A stretch of DNA of 64,000 nucleotides. It comes from Chrysomallon squamiferum. Taxonomy: Eukaryota > Animalia > Mollusca. Made by a program: the position numbers and the translations under genes. Positions 15,187 to 27,939 of the stretch are shown here, in pieces. The stretch lies in NCBI GenBank assembly GCA_012295275.1, contig CM022665.1:24180001-24244000 (forward strand). The letters are read 5' to 3'. The notes below the pieces were generated by a model. The model had not been told where the DNA came from. It saw only the letters and a program-made list of their open reading frames with translations, and did no database searches. Each line of letters opens with the position of its first letter. Within the stretch, counting starts at the first letter, position 1.

Positions 15187-16677
15187 ACTTGCATGCATGT
15201 ACTCACATATATATATATATAAATAGGAAATAATATGAATATTATGACCAAAAAATAGCTGTTTAATGCTTCAGATTTCTAAAATTAAAAAAAAAGAAAG
15301 AAGAAATATATGCAGTAAATGAGAATTGATGAGTGGTATAAATTATAAAAGGAAAACTTCAATCTATTTCCGTCGATGCAATCATTATTTTTCACCAATA
15401 TTAAACATTGATGTTGTAATAGATGTAGGTGATAAATTTACTTTCTAGAATTGAAATTGGCCAAGCAGGTTGTCTAGTACAAACGCAACATTTTTCTATT
15501 AACTTTTATGGACAATCGATGCCTGAAATCGCTTCAAAGTCGAGATGATGTGAAAACACGTGATTCTAAGGTGTGGTGTATGATTTTTATTAAACATCAT
15601 AGCGCTTTATTAAAGATCTCGAACAAGTTTACGGCTGTTTCCTGCGGCGAGCTAGGGCGGCAGCCGTCATTATAATATGAGAGTTTATAAACGCGGAAAC
15701 GGTATACACACACCATTACACGATGTGTTGATCACTGTAAAATGCGGACATGCACGATGGCAAGTTCCGACTACGTATATCAGTCACATACAAATTTTTT
15801 AAGAGGGGGTATCAAAATTACGTTGATTAAAAAAATAAAAAATATATATAGCCAAAAAACAAACAAACATAACAGTAATCTGTCTTACATAAAATCTCGG
15901 CAGAACAATATTGACCTTATTTCCACTGTTCCAGTTATAACGATCATATGTTTATTTGCGTTATAACGACATTACTGTCATTTCAAGTTTTCATTCTACT
16001 TGTCACACCCAAAGAAAGATTAAATACGACCCTTGGTGTAAGTTGTCAACGAGCCAATTCATTTTATTGGTTTTAGTGGGATGATTTTTAGTATGTGTTT
16101 CCTATTTTGGAATCGTACGTCGGTCGTTAAACCTATATTTAAAGATGTTTATTTATACATTCTCTATGTCCTGCCTGTTATAAAAGAAAACACGACCATT
16201 TGTCAGTATTGTATAGAAGTCATTCTTCGCGTTGTTTTTCGTAAACCATCTCATGGATAGATGGTACGTTTTGGTGTCACTCTAAGAACTGTCTTACATT
16301 TTTATGAAACATTTGTTGTTGTTTTTTTAACTTTCTTGGAGTAAGTGAGTACTAATAGTCAGCATTCGTTAGATTAGTTATTTTACAGATTTTTGTTCAT
16401 TGCTCTCTTTCTCTCTTTTTATTTTTACTTTTTACTTATTTTATTATTACTATTTTTTATTATTTATTTTTATTTTTTATTTATTTATTTTATTTTTACT
16501 TAATTTATTTTATTTTATTCTAATTTTATTTTATTTATTTATTTATTTATTTATTTTTTTAAGTGGAGAGACAGATGATATATATATATATATATGTTGT
16601 CATGACTTTTAATTGATTTTGTTAATTTCAGTTATTAAAATTATTTGAGATTTAATAGGAAATTTGAGAACGTTATT

Positions 16678-16681
<4 letters not shown>

Positions 16682-16756
<75 letters not shown>

Positions 16757-16785
16757 TCTCTCTCTCTTTCTCTTTCTCTTTCTCT
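16682..16785. repeat. (CT)n/(CTAT)n microsatellite
   Basis: Read directly. Confidence 0.95.
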
Positions 16786-18117
16786 AATAACTGTTTAATC
16801 TAGGTAACAGATGTGTACGATTTTCCAGTCTGGTACATACATCAAAACGTTTTGCACTTTTTTGAAACGAAATCCTTCGTTAGACAAAACTCCTCGTACG
16901 AGTGTTAATAAATTTAAAACTTTGTTTATTTTTATTTTCACCTCATTGACTAACACGTTATTCATGGCACATAAATTAAGTGTATAAAATAGTGCTAATA
17001 TTCAGAAAACTGGTTAAGATAACAATGCGACCTTCACCTTTCCAAACAGCACTATACCGGAAGTAGCCCAAGGAAGTGATTTCTATACATCACAAATCTG
17101 ACTACCAAGTTTCTTTATTAGTGTCACAAAAATGTATTTTATATACGGCAATCAGTCTATGGATGGACAATTCGCGGTCGGAAGTCATGCCGACGTCTGC
17201 TTTTATTCCTTCGTCTGCAACCACTTTGACGACTTTATAAGCTTTCCTGTATATGGATTTGACATTAACGAGCCATAGGACGTCGTTGACCACCCACATG
17301 ACGTAGAGAAGATAAATTTCTATAATAACACACACGTACTTTACCGTTGACAATTAACGGAGGGATAACGATCAATTTTCAGTTCATACGAGAGTTGAGT
17401 CATTAACGAATAGCCCAACATTACAACGTACACCCGATATATTGTAGTATGAATGTAGTAATTGTCCGTGCAACGTTCTTACTTAGGCTGTTACCGTGAA
17501 GGTTTTGTCTTCTTCGTTGTACTAAGTATGTCATCCGTTTTAACAAAGAAACTAATTCTAGTTTCCTACTGTGCAGAACTGCCATGGTTGAGCAGACTCT
17601 GTATCTTTTAAGTTTTATGATTTAACTAATTTTATCTTAGTGCTTTGTTATCTCTGTGTGTTGGTAATCATTTTCAGTATTTATAGGTATCCAGCAAATA
17701 TTAAAGAAAAGGAAACGAAAGTTATGTTTCCACCTTTTTAAAGCCAAATAAAGTAAAGAAGAAATATCTTAATTTGAAGATATTTAATCCTGACACTAAT
17801 GGATTATTCTTGGAAACGGTATTCTGGTTTCATAATCATAGGTATTATGTTTATATTGACGATTTTCAAATTATAAGGATGACTCAGATACTTAACCATT
17901 AAGATATTTAACTGACTTATGTGGAAGAAAGGAAACTGTTTGGATGAAAATAGTTTCAAAACTACAGTCTGAAATATTAAAGTTTTTCTCAACAGAAAAT
18001 CTGTTTTTATCTGACAACATAACAATTATCTGTAATACGTCATATAATATTGGGTCAACTCACCTTTATATATATTTTTAAAATTATTTATTTATACGTT
18101 GTTTGTTTGTTTTATTG

Positions 18118-18149
<32 letters not shown>

Positions 18150-19307
18150 GGTTCTTTAACTGTTATAAAATATGACATTAAAGTATATACCAAACTGAAG
18201 TTTTTTCTCTTTTCTACTTTGTTCCTGTTTCTTTCATTCGTTTCTTTCTTTTCTTTTTTCCTTTTATTTTTTTTTTTCTCTCCTTCTTCTTTTTTTTTTT
18301 TAAACAAACCATACTGTTCTGAATTATTTTGGCATTGCTCAATTCAGTTTTCAGTTTAACCGTTATTATTGGGAATTATTTGTATTAACTCTGTCAGGTT
18401 TCCGTTGAGAGTTCTCAGTCTTTTCTCTAACAAACATCCACGTAATAGCAGGAAGCCATTCTCAGACATCACATGTGCAGCGTTCTCCGCTCTAACTAGC
18501 TTTTTTAAAAACAGTTTTGCTTTTTCTTTGTCGCTCATCTTTTTCTTTCTTTCTTTTTTTTTTTTTTTTTTTTTTTTTAGTTTTGTTTGATTAATCGATT
18601 GGATGCTCTCTTTTTCTTTATTACAAAACGATTTTCCTTCTGGTCTTCCCAGGTTAATTTTTTGTTTTGTTTTGTTTTGTTTCTGAGATAATGAAAGTCG
18701 GTGCATTTTGTGTGCATGTGAAATTCACCGGATAAATTATGTATTGCCACATATTACTCTGATGGATAGGTATCTGCATATATATATAAAATAAATAAAT
18801 AAAATCTCTGGTTGAATGAGCAAATGAATGTTTGTTTAATAATAGCTACACATTTTGTATATAAGCAAATACTGAATCAAATGTATGGTTTTTTTTTGGT
18901 TTGTTTGTGTCGGTTTTTTTGTGTTTTTGGGTGGGTTTTTTTACCCTTTGTTTTTAATATAATAATATATACGAAGAAATCTTAGCGATAGCTATTTCGA
19001 ATGTATTTCTTATACTTACCCGCGCGCAGGCACCCACACACACACACACACACACAGACAGACAGATACATGCATGTTCCTATAACCAGAAATAATATAA
19101 TATGGCTTGTGATAAACTGATCGTGAAATAATGGCTCGAAGAGGCGATACCCGGTAGCAGCACCGCGAAGAAAATTCAGAAGGAATTATTTTGAATTGTC
19201 CAAAAAAAAGAAGTCAGAAATCGCTCCTTTTCTTAGTGTTAATGTAACTGAAAATTAGTTTTCTTCTGGTCTTTTCATTAGGCTTTTTTCTCAGTCTCTC
19301 CACTTTT

Positions 19308-19342
<35 letters not shown>

Positions 19343-19627
19343 CTTCCTGCTTTAAGTTTTTTTTCTTCTCTCGTACATTCTAATACGTTTCGAGTGATTA
19401 TTACGGAAGACAATCACAGAGTCTGAAACCAGGCGTTTCCGAAAACAATGAATGCACAATGAAGCGACGAGTCGTTTTGCAGGAAAAATAACAAAAAACA
19501 AAATAACTTGATGAGCTGGCTACAGATTTGTGTTTGTGTGTTTTGTAACCCAAGTCTCTCACGCTTTCGTAATTTTCACTTCTAATGAAGAAAACGTAAG
19601 GCCTCTTTTAAATGTACGCTTTTAAAC

Positions 19628-19733
<106 letters not shown>

Positions 19734-20399
19734 TTAGAGAAATGCGATTTATGTTGTACAGAGAGGAAATAAATACAAATAGAAGTAAGAATAACTTGCG
19801 GAAATTTTGTCTCATTTTAATGTCTTTAACGTTTAATTAAAAAAAAAGAAAAAAGAAAAAAAAAACGTTAATCTAAAATAAAATCAGTACAAATCAGAAC
19901 ATGCGTCGCGTGTCTCTCCTTAAATGATAACCCGGAGTGGTGGGATATTTTTTGTTACAGTCCCTGAGGGGAGAAATGAGACGGGCACACTTCACTGAAC
20001 ATTCATATTCCGTGCACCTGTTTAAACAGGGAAAAAAAAAAAAAAAAAAAATAAATAAATAAATAAATAAATACTGATAATAATTATATGATAAATACAT
20101 AATGAAAATGTGATGAATAAACAAATAAATAATGATATCAGATAGATGACAAAGAAAGAAAGAAACGACCAGATAAGCAAACTGTTCAGATATTAATGGT
20201 TAACGCCATAAACGTTTCAGAACGTCTACATTTCTACTGTAATAAATATACATTTCACGAAGATAGTTATCTCCTTCCTTCATTGATACTGCGTACTTTA
20301 CACAAAATCACTACTCAATTTTAATATAAATGACAGTTTTACATTTACTGAAAGTCTTCGCACTTGGTGAATGATGGACTCTGGGTTGGGACAAAGACA

Positions 20400-21160
20400 T
20401 TGTGAAGAGTAAGCCTCGCCTTTCTGTTGCTGTTTGCCTGACTCGAGTCAGCCGGCAGTTCTCTTTGGATAAGAGAGAGAGCTACAATAGGGTGTGTGCC
20501 GTGTTCTCCGTTCAGCTTCGTTTAATGCTATACGGAATTAACCGTGTCTGTCTGAAAACCGATAAGAACGACGAAGGATGCTTTTTTCTGCTTCTTTCTC
20601 CATTTGAGAGACAGAGAGAGAGGGAAAAAAAAAATCTTTACTACCTCTTCTGGGAACGCGTTTCGTCATCATTAGTGGGCGTGGTTTGATGGTCTTACTG
20701 CGACAGCTCTAATTTTCATTGATTTTCATTTCCAAGTCTGCTTGTCATTACGGAACATGCCGAGGACACTGATGACATCGTGTCGCTAAAAAAAAAAAAA
20801 AAAAAAAAAAAAATAAAAAATGTAGAAGTGAATCTCGATGTCGTGATTTCTAATATGGATAGCTCTTTACAGTTTTTCCCCGTTCCGGCTCTGTATTCTG
20901 TGCACGTCTAACACGCGATAGTTATGTTGCTTCCGTCAGTAAATATGACTGTATATGTTAGAACAGACAAAACAACAAGGTTTTAGTACGTAATTTGATT
21001 CACTGTTCTGCTGGTTGCTTTCGCAGTTTTGGTTCGGGTTTCTAGCTCGAGTTTTTGTTACCATGTACAGGGAAGTGTTGATGGATATTACCTACTGATA
21101 ACACGTTCTTGTTACACTTACCTGGATACTTAAAGATGTATTAAATGAACTGACAGCATA
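20400..21160 (+). promoter_or_regulatory. Candidate proximal promoter and 5' UTR
   Basis: Locally GC/CpG-rich; Sp/KLF-type box GGGCGTGG at 20677-20684; Inr-like TCAGT at 20936-20940; followed by the consensus donor at 21188. TSS cannot be placed from sequence. Confidence 0.4.
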
Positions 21161-21187
21161 ATGAAAGATTTGACTTTAATCGGACAG
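21161..21187 (+). CDS. Candidate coding end of an alternative first exon (MKDLTLIGQ)
   Basis: Perfect donor CAG|GTAAGT at 21187/21188; ATG at 21161 with A at -3 and an in-frame TGA upstream (21146); exactly 9 codons, phase 0, in frame with 27769; lies at the 3' end of a CpG-rich promoter-like block. Confidence 0.45.
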
Positions 21188-21394
21188 GTAAGTTTGAATC
21201 TACTTTGTTAGAAATCTCTCTCATTGTTTAAAATACAACAGTGGCACCTATGTTTCTGTTTTGTACAAACCTGTTAATGAAAACAAATAATCACTCTTTT
21301 ATCAATTTGGCTATTAAAATGAAAAAATAAAAAGAGAATAATGTAAAAGAGAAAAATATGCCGATGGAAATTACTATGGAGGCTGTTAAATTTT

Positions 21395-21438
<44 letters not shown>

Positions 21439-21814
21439 AAGTTTCAGTATATGTTTTATCCCTTACATTATTTTAGCGATTTAAATTAAAAAGACTAAGA
21501 TAGTTTTCATGCTACCAAAAACCTGGAATGAATTAAATAAACAAATACATCTGTCTAAGGGATTTCCAGTCATTATGAAAATAGCTGTTGTATATTATTA
21601 TTTTTCTGATCGATATTTAATATCGTAAAGATGGCGGTAAATAACATATTTTTTATTCAAATGCACAGACTCATTGTCTGTCGATTCTATACGTGTACAC
21701 TGCCTATTCATTTTTATTCCTGCTTCAACAATATTTCTTTTATTTATTTTTTCTGATTATGATGACTATTATCATTACTGTTGTTGTCGTTCTTTTGTTC
21801 TTCTCTCTATTCTT

Positions 21815-21853
21815 TTTCTTCTTCTTCATCTTCATCTTCTTATTATTATTATT

Positions 21854-21925
<72 letters not shown>
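21815..21925. repeat. Compound trinucleotide repeat (TCT)n(ATT)n(ATC)n(ATT)n
   Basis: Read directly. Confidence 0.93.
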
Positions 21926-22826
21926 TTTTTTAATATTCAATTCTTTAATTTTACTTTTAGTATCTCTCATCACGAGTTTGGCCTTTTTTCTTCTCTTTTC
22001 AACTCATTTCTTTCTGTGTGTCCTTTTTTTTTTTTTTTTTTTTTTTTTCCCCTTTAGAAATTAAATTAAACCATATCATTTACATTAGGTTTCTTTCTTT
22101 TTCTTTCCAATAACTTTAATTTTTTTTTTTTTTTTTTTTTTTTTCTTTAACCTTGGTAAAGATCTAAAAGTGGCTGGATGAAAGGGAAACTTTTTACCTT
22201 TTGATATGAAAGCTTTGTCGCATTCACATGTCAGTGAACATTGTGTAACTATCACGTCACAGTCAGGTACTGCGTTAAAAAGAGTCTAACGTGGCACCTC
22301 CAACGCAGATCCAGACGATTAAACAAAACCAAGAGCTCGATTTTATGTGTGGTTTCAAAAATTCCTCACCACTCTTTTCTCCTTTGATCTTTTATGAATG
22401 GATAAACACCCTTTACGCAATCAAATCTGGAAATGCGACAATTACCGGGATAGGCAGATTCGATTGCTTATCTTTTTCATTAGTTCTGGCAGTAAATTGT
22501 GTACACTGTGGTCCCATGGTTCATGAACCGGTTATCGGCTTCTCGCATCGTCGCACGGAAACGTGCAGTCAATAACCCATCTCTGATCTGTGGTATATTG
22601 TGAACGTCTCGTAGCGTCGAGATCCGCATTGACGGTAAACCGCAACCGTCTGACTCACCGTTCGTTGACTTTAAAGGTATCCCTTTATTCCTTTGTTGTT
22701 AATTTTTAGTTACGTTTACGTGTGGCGACACAGAAAAAAGAAAGAAGAAAAATCAATGACTGTTTGTGTCTACATTTTTCTTCTTCATTTTTTGAAGTGG
22801 AAATTTTTGTTTATATATTTGGAATT

Positions 22827-22827
<1 letters not shown>

Positions 22828-22899
<72 letters not shown>
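22828..22899. repeat. (CT)n microsatellite
   Basis: Read directly. Confidence 0.97.
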
Positions 22900-22901
<2 letters not shown>

Positions 22902-23639
22902 GAGTATAATTATGTCCGTCTGTCTATGGCTCCTTCATCCATTCAGTACCCTGACATAATTTCCCTTCATTATTTGAAAGAATTTGTGAGTTCACGGCAT
23001 GAATCTGATTTAACTATCACAATAAATTACCGCAAAAATCATCATTACAATGTTAAGACACGTTCAGTTTATAATTGTTAATTTTTATGGATATTTATTT
23101 CAGCTGACTTAACTCATGCTAATTTTTCTAAAATCAAGTATATATTGTCTGAATTATTAATTTTGAAATCAGTTGTTTATTATTATTATTATTTAAAACT
23201 TATAATTATTAATTAAAAAATGAAATAAGTACTGTATATAGCCGAACTATTCCGGGCTTGTCCATGAAGAGGATTTGAAAGCATATATTATTAATTTATT
23301 TAACTGTACCATAAGCTAATTAAGAAACCCAAACTGTACTACGAAAATTACTTCTTTATTACTCTTGACGCACTTCTAAATTAGATATATTCGATTCCAT
23401 CGTGACAATTCGTTTTTCAGTCAAGTCACAACTCTGGTGGAAACAGTTGTAACCATTCGTGACCAAAAAGCAGATTCGAAGTATGCATTTTCCACCATCT
23501 TTCTCTCTTTTATTATTTCCCTCTCGACACAGAGGCTCATCACACAGACACATACACAGCCTCTAGAAAGCGAAATAAGGATAGACATTATTTTACAGTT
23601 TGGACACACTGAAATAAATGCAAACAGCGATACAGACTA

Positions 23640-23747
23640 ATGCAACTGCTATTACTACAACTGCTACTGCTATTATTATTATTTTTACTAATCCTACTAC
23701 TACCTCTACTACATTTGCTACTGCTATTGCTACTGTTATTGCTACTA

Positions 23748-23780
<33 letters not shown>

Positions 23781-23816
23781 TTAGTGTTACTGCTACTGCT
23801 ACTACTGTTACTATTA
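23640..23816. repeat. Degenerate (ACT/GCT)n trinucleotide repeat
   Basis: Read directly; source of the poly-T, poly-L and poly-S ORFs in the track. Confidence 0.9.
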
Positions 23817-26257
23817 CGCTGACAACGACAACCAGACCAGGTTTTTCGTGTCAAAAGATTGATTCCGCGTGTGTTAATAATATGTCCACTTACCATTTCC
23901 AGTAAGACAAATAATGCAGTAGAATGGTCTATTTAGGAAATCGAGAATGATAAAAATAACAAAACAATAGACTGCATCTTTAAATTAGCTTCTGTTTCGA
24001 ACGACAAAATTTATACCAGAATCACAATAATAAGGCTTAGAATACCGCACGAAGGCTTCTAAATGCTGCAAAAAGAGAAAAAAAGCCCATTAAATAAATC
24101 TAATCATTGCCTAAACCTCCTTAATGTATCAGTTTTATCAGTTTGGTGATACTGTTGTGGATGAAATAATTTCAAAGAGTGAAACGTCCTATTATCCAGT
24201 CGCCTTGGGGAGAGAAATTAGAACGGATGCACAAAAAAAGAAGAAAAAAAGAGTCTAAACTAGTTTTGATGTTGAAGATATTGCCATCCTCTGACTAATA
24301 TGTTCGGTTTTGGGGCCTCTTTGTTACTTGGTAATGTTGCTGATTATCTTTCGATCTGCGTCTTGGAAAAAAACATAATAAACGATAATTAGGCGACACG
24401 GGGCAGCCTGCGTGATTACTGCATGCAACATCTTCATTGAGGGGTCGCAGCCATCGACACATGGCGGGTCGCAGATCGAGCTGTTTATCCAGGCGTTCCC
24501 ATTCACGAAAGGGCATCCAGCTTTGCGTTTTATAACGCGTCCAACATATCATTTACTTGACCCGACGGACAAGGGCCACGCGTGGATAAACTCTAGGTGT
24601 ATATGTGTATGGTATAAGGACAATAAATCATGGAATAGCTTCTGTTGCCAATTCTCGTCAAGTGAGTCTGAAGATGATATTTACCGCAATGATTCGAATC
24701 CAGAGCTAATATACAGTGTTTTAGACCACAACTACTATAATTCATATACGCACAATTTTTATATTTTACTCTGAATTTAAAGTAACTTTAACAGCTAAAT
24801 ATTTTGGGTAATTTTTATTTATTTATTTTTTTTTTTTTAACTTGAAAACAAAGGATTTTCCATATTTTTGATCTACACTGCTATTTAATATCCGGCACAA
24901 TGACAGATAAAAAACAAGTTAATGCCGAATTTAGGCTAATGCAGTTTGACAGAACAAAAAATGACATTTAATGTATTTCAGTTACGTGTTTGTCCGTGGA
25001 ATATTTTCAGGATTAAACAGTTCAATACATCCTTGTCCTGAACTGTTAATTAGTATGTCTGTATCTCTGAAATACTGAATATTTTACACATATAATTATT
25101 TACTGAATCTTTATAACGTCTTAGCAGAACTGTAATGAAATAAGTTATTAATAAGCTGCAATGACCATGCAATTTTTAACTGACATATTTTATTATTAGC
25201 GAAGTTTGGTTCCGATATTGAAAGAGTATTTTGTATATAGTTCATTCTGTTTGTTCCAGTTACATTTTAAAGCCCAATTTTATAATGTCATGTGCAATCT
25301 GTAAAATGAATTATAACAATGTAACAGATATTTTATAACACTCTTGATTAATCATCAAGACATTTTACGTAAGGAAGTCTCGATTCTACCAGTCTAAGAC
25401 GACATTTAATTCAGCATTTTAAAATCCTGAGTGTTATCTGGGAAATGTTTTCTTAATTACAACGACATTTAATACATCATTGTAAACGACCGCGTGAGTT
25501 CTTTTGTATGAGTTCTAAATTATTACGACATTTAATACATTTTATAATAGGGATGCCGTTTTGAAATCACTCAAATAAAGGGGGGGATATTTTATTTTTC
25601 TTCGGGGGGGGGAGAAAAGAAAAGAAAAAAGGGACAAAAAAACCGGATTGCTTAAATATATTAAAATAAAAATTAGATATGTGTGTGTGTGTGTGTGAGT
25701 TATTTTATTTTATTTTATTTTATTTTATTATTATTATTTTTTTTATTATTATTATTTATTTTATTTTATATTCGTAGTTTTTTTTTATATCCCATGTTTT
25801 CCCGTGAGATTTTTAGCGGGTTGCGTTTTATTTTTTTTTTTTTTTTGTTTACACAGAAAGTCTTGAAAAGGAATTGATTTTCAGGAATTTATGAAGAACT
25901 GTAGTTTAGATATATTTTATGACATTGCATGGTTTTGATCTTGCTCAGGACGTTCATGTTCAGTCAATTACCATCGACAGTCGAGTTCTTTGAAGTTGCC
26001 GACTTGATTATTATCCGGTTGTGACAAGAAATGAATCTATACTCCTTTTTTTTTATTTTACGTTTTTCCTTTCACTTTTGCGATAAAATTATTGTTTGTT
26101 TTTTTCTCTCTAGCGGTAGTAAAAGGAAATAAGATTTTATCATTTGATACTGTTTTGATGTCAGGTTCAATAGCATGACATGTCTCTCCAAAGGTGAAAC
26201 TGTTCAGACGAAAGGATTGAGTTAACCTTTGTGTTCAAAATGTGTGCGAGAGTTTAA

Positions 26258-26263
<6 letters not shown>

Positions 26264-26323
<60 letters not shown>
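26264..26323. repeat. (CT)n microsatellite
   Basis: Read directly. Confidence 0.96.
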
Positions 26324-26326
<3 letters not shown>

Positions 26327-27068
26327 CAGTTAACCTGACATCTCTAATTTTCATTATTTTATATCATTCTTTGACTCATTCCGTTTCTTCTTTTTTTTTT
26401 TTTTTTTTTTTCTCTATCTCTATTTTTCTTGTCTTTTTGTCTCCACTAACTTCCTATTTTTTCTTTTTCTTTCTTCCTTTGTTTTTCTCTGATTCTCTGA
26501 CTCAAATTCTTTCGGACGTTCCTACAAAAAATACTTCTACAGCTCATTTATACATGGTTATGAAACTACGTCTGTATACCTAATAAAGTCTTTGCATTAT
26601 CAAAGTAGGAAATATATCAAGATGATAATAATCTTTATGAAAGATATTTCCTTATGTAACAGAATATCAGTCAAGCTTTTTCTGTTTTTCTTCATTTCTT
26701 TTTCCCTTTTAATTTCATCAGAAATTCGTTGTTAAATGATCCTAAAGAAGTTAATCAAAATATGTGGGTAATTTTCTCGAACTGCCGTAAGGATGTTGAA
26801 CATATGTGGGTAATCTGAAAAGATCACCTCAGACAAATACACATTATATAGTACATTTTTAAAATAATAATAAAAGAAAAATGTTGAGGTTAAAGTCACG
26901 CTTCTACTGCACACTGCCCTTAGGACATAACTAAATTATCTTTTACTGGTGACAGAATAGAGAGGACAAGGGTCTCTTGTTGTAAGAGCATTTGTCAGAA
27001 GAGGGATTTAATGGCTTCAACATGAACTGCAATTTGAAAAGTTAAAAAAGGTGTTATTTCTCTTGTAG

Positions 27069-27181
27069 GAGTCATCTGAGGCAAATCTGTCAAATGTTAT
27101 TTTATATGGACTATTTTGGAATTTTATGTCACAAGTATAAAATACCATGTATATTTTTAAATAAGTAATTACTTTCTATAG
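27069..27181 (+). other. Candidate non-coding (5' UTR) exon
   Basis: Acceptor ttatttctcttgtag|G and donor TAG|gtaaga flank 113 nt (not a multiple of 3), about 590 nt upstream of the 27769 exon. Splice signals only. Confidence 0.25.
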
Positions 27182-27218
27182 GTAAGATTTGTTAGGAATC
27201 CAGATGCAGATAATGTTT

Positions 27219-27257
<39 letters not shown>

Positions 27258-27768
27258 AAATAGATGAATATATATATTTATTGTTACTTAAAAAAGATTA
27301 TTCTTCTGTCTGTTTTTCTCAGATTCATTTCCCTCTCGCATATAAAAAAACACATTAAATATACCTTTTCAAATTCCTATCATATTTTTGTTTACACCTT
27401 ACTAAATTCAGCTTTTAAAATGATTAAATTCAGCTGAAAATCTTGAATATATATCATGATATGAGTTTTCCCATATACTCTTCAGTTACACACTGTTAAC
27501 TTTAATTTAAAAAAAGGAATAAAGAGTAAAAACATTCAAATTCTCCTTTAAAAAAAGAAACTGCACACTACCCTATTCCCTATGGCTTTAATAAAAGAAG
27601 TGCAGACATTAAATTTATTTTTCTCACAGAAAATGAATATCATTAATACCCTTGAGGTGATCATAAAATATTTTATGACCAAAGTAAATATATATATATA
27701 TATATATGCATGTATGTTTAAAATGCAAGCAAGCAAGCAATCCTAAATTTTATGTATTTATATTTCAG

Positions 27769-27939
27769 AGTGAGAGAAACATGGAGAAGTCAAGAATACC
27801 TCGTTCATCTTACACGGGGTGGAGGGGGGCTTCGAGTCCCCAGCCGGCAAGGAAAGGAACCCAGATGGGGATTTACCACCAGATGTCCCCCACAGAGAAA
27901 AGTCAGATTCAGGAAAATGGATACTGTCGAAATGCACAG
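27769..27939 (+). CDS. KIF26: Coding exon (57 codons, phase 0/0), SERNMEKSRIPRSSYTGWRGASSPQPARKGTQMGIYHQMSPTEKSQIQENGYCRNAQ; probably an upstream exon of the KIF26-like gene
   Basis: GC-rich island in very AT-rich DNA; acceptor tatatttcag|AGT, donor GCACAG|gttagg; in-frame ATG at 27781; joins 34977 in frame. Gene membership is inferred from position and phase, not from homology. Confidence 0.7.

Noticed and set aside
23588-23905. Mucin-like poly-Thr, poly-Ser and poly-Leu ORFs
   Set aside because: Products of an (ACT/GCT)n repeat that is open in several frames.
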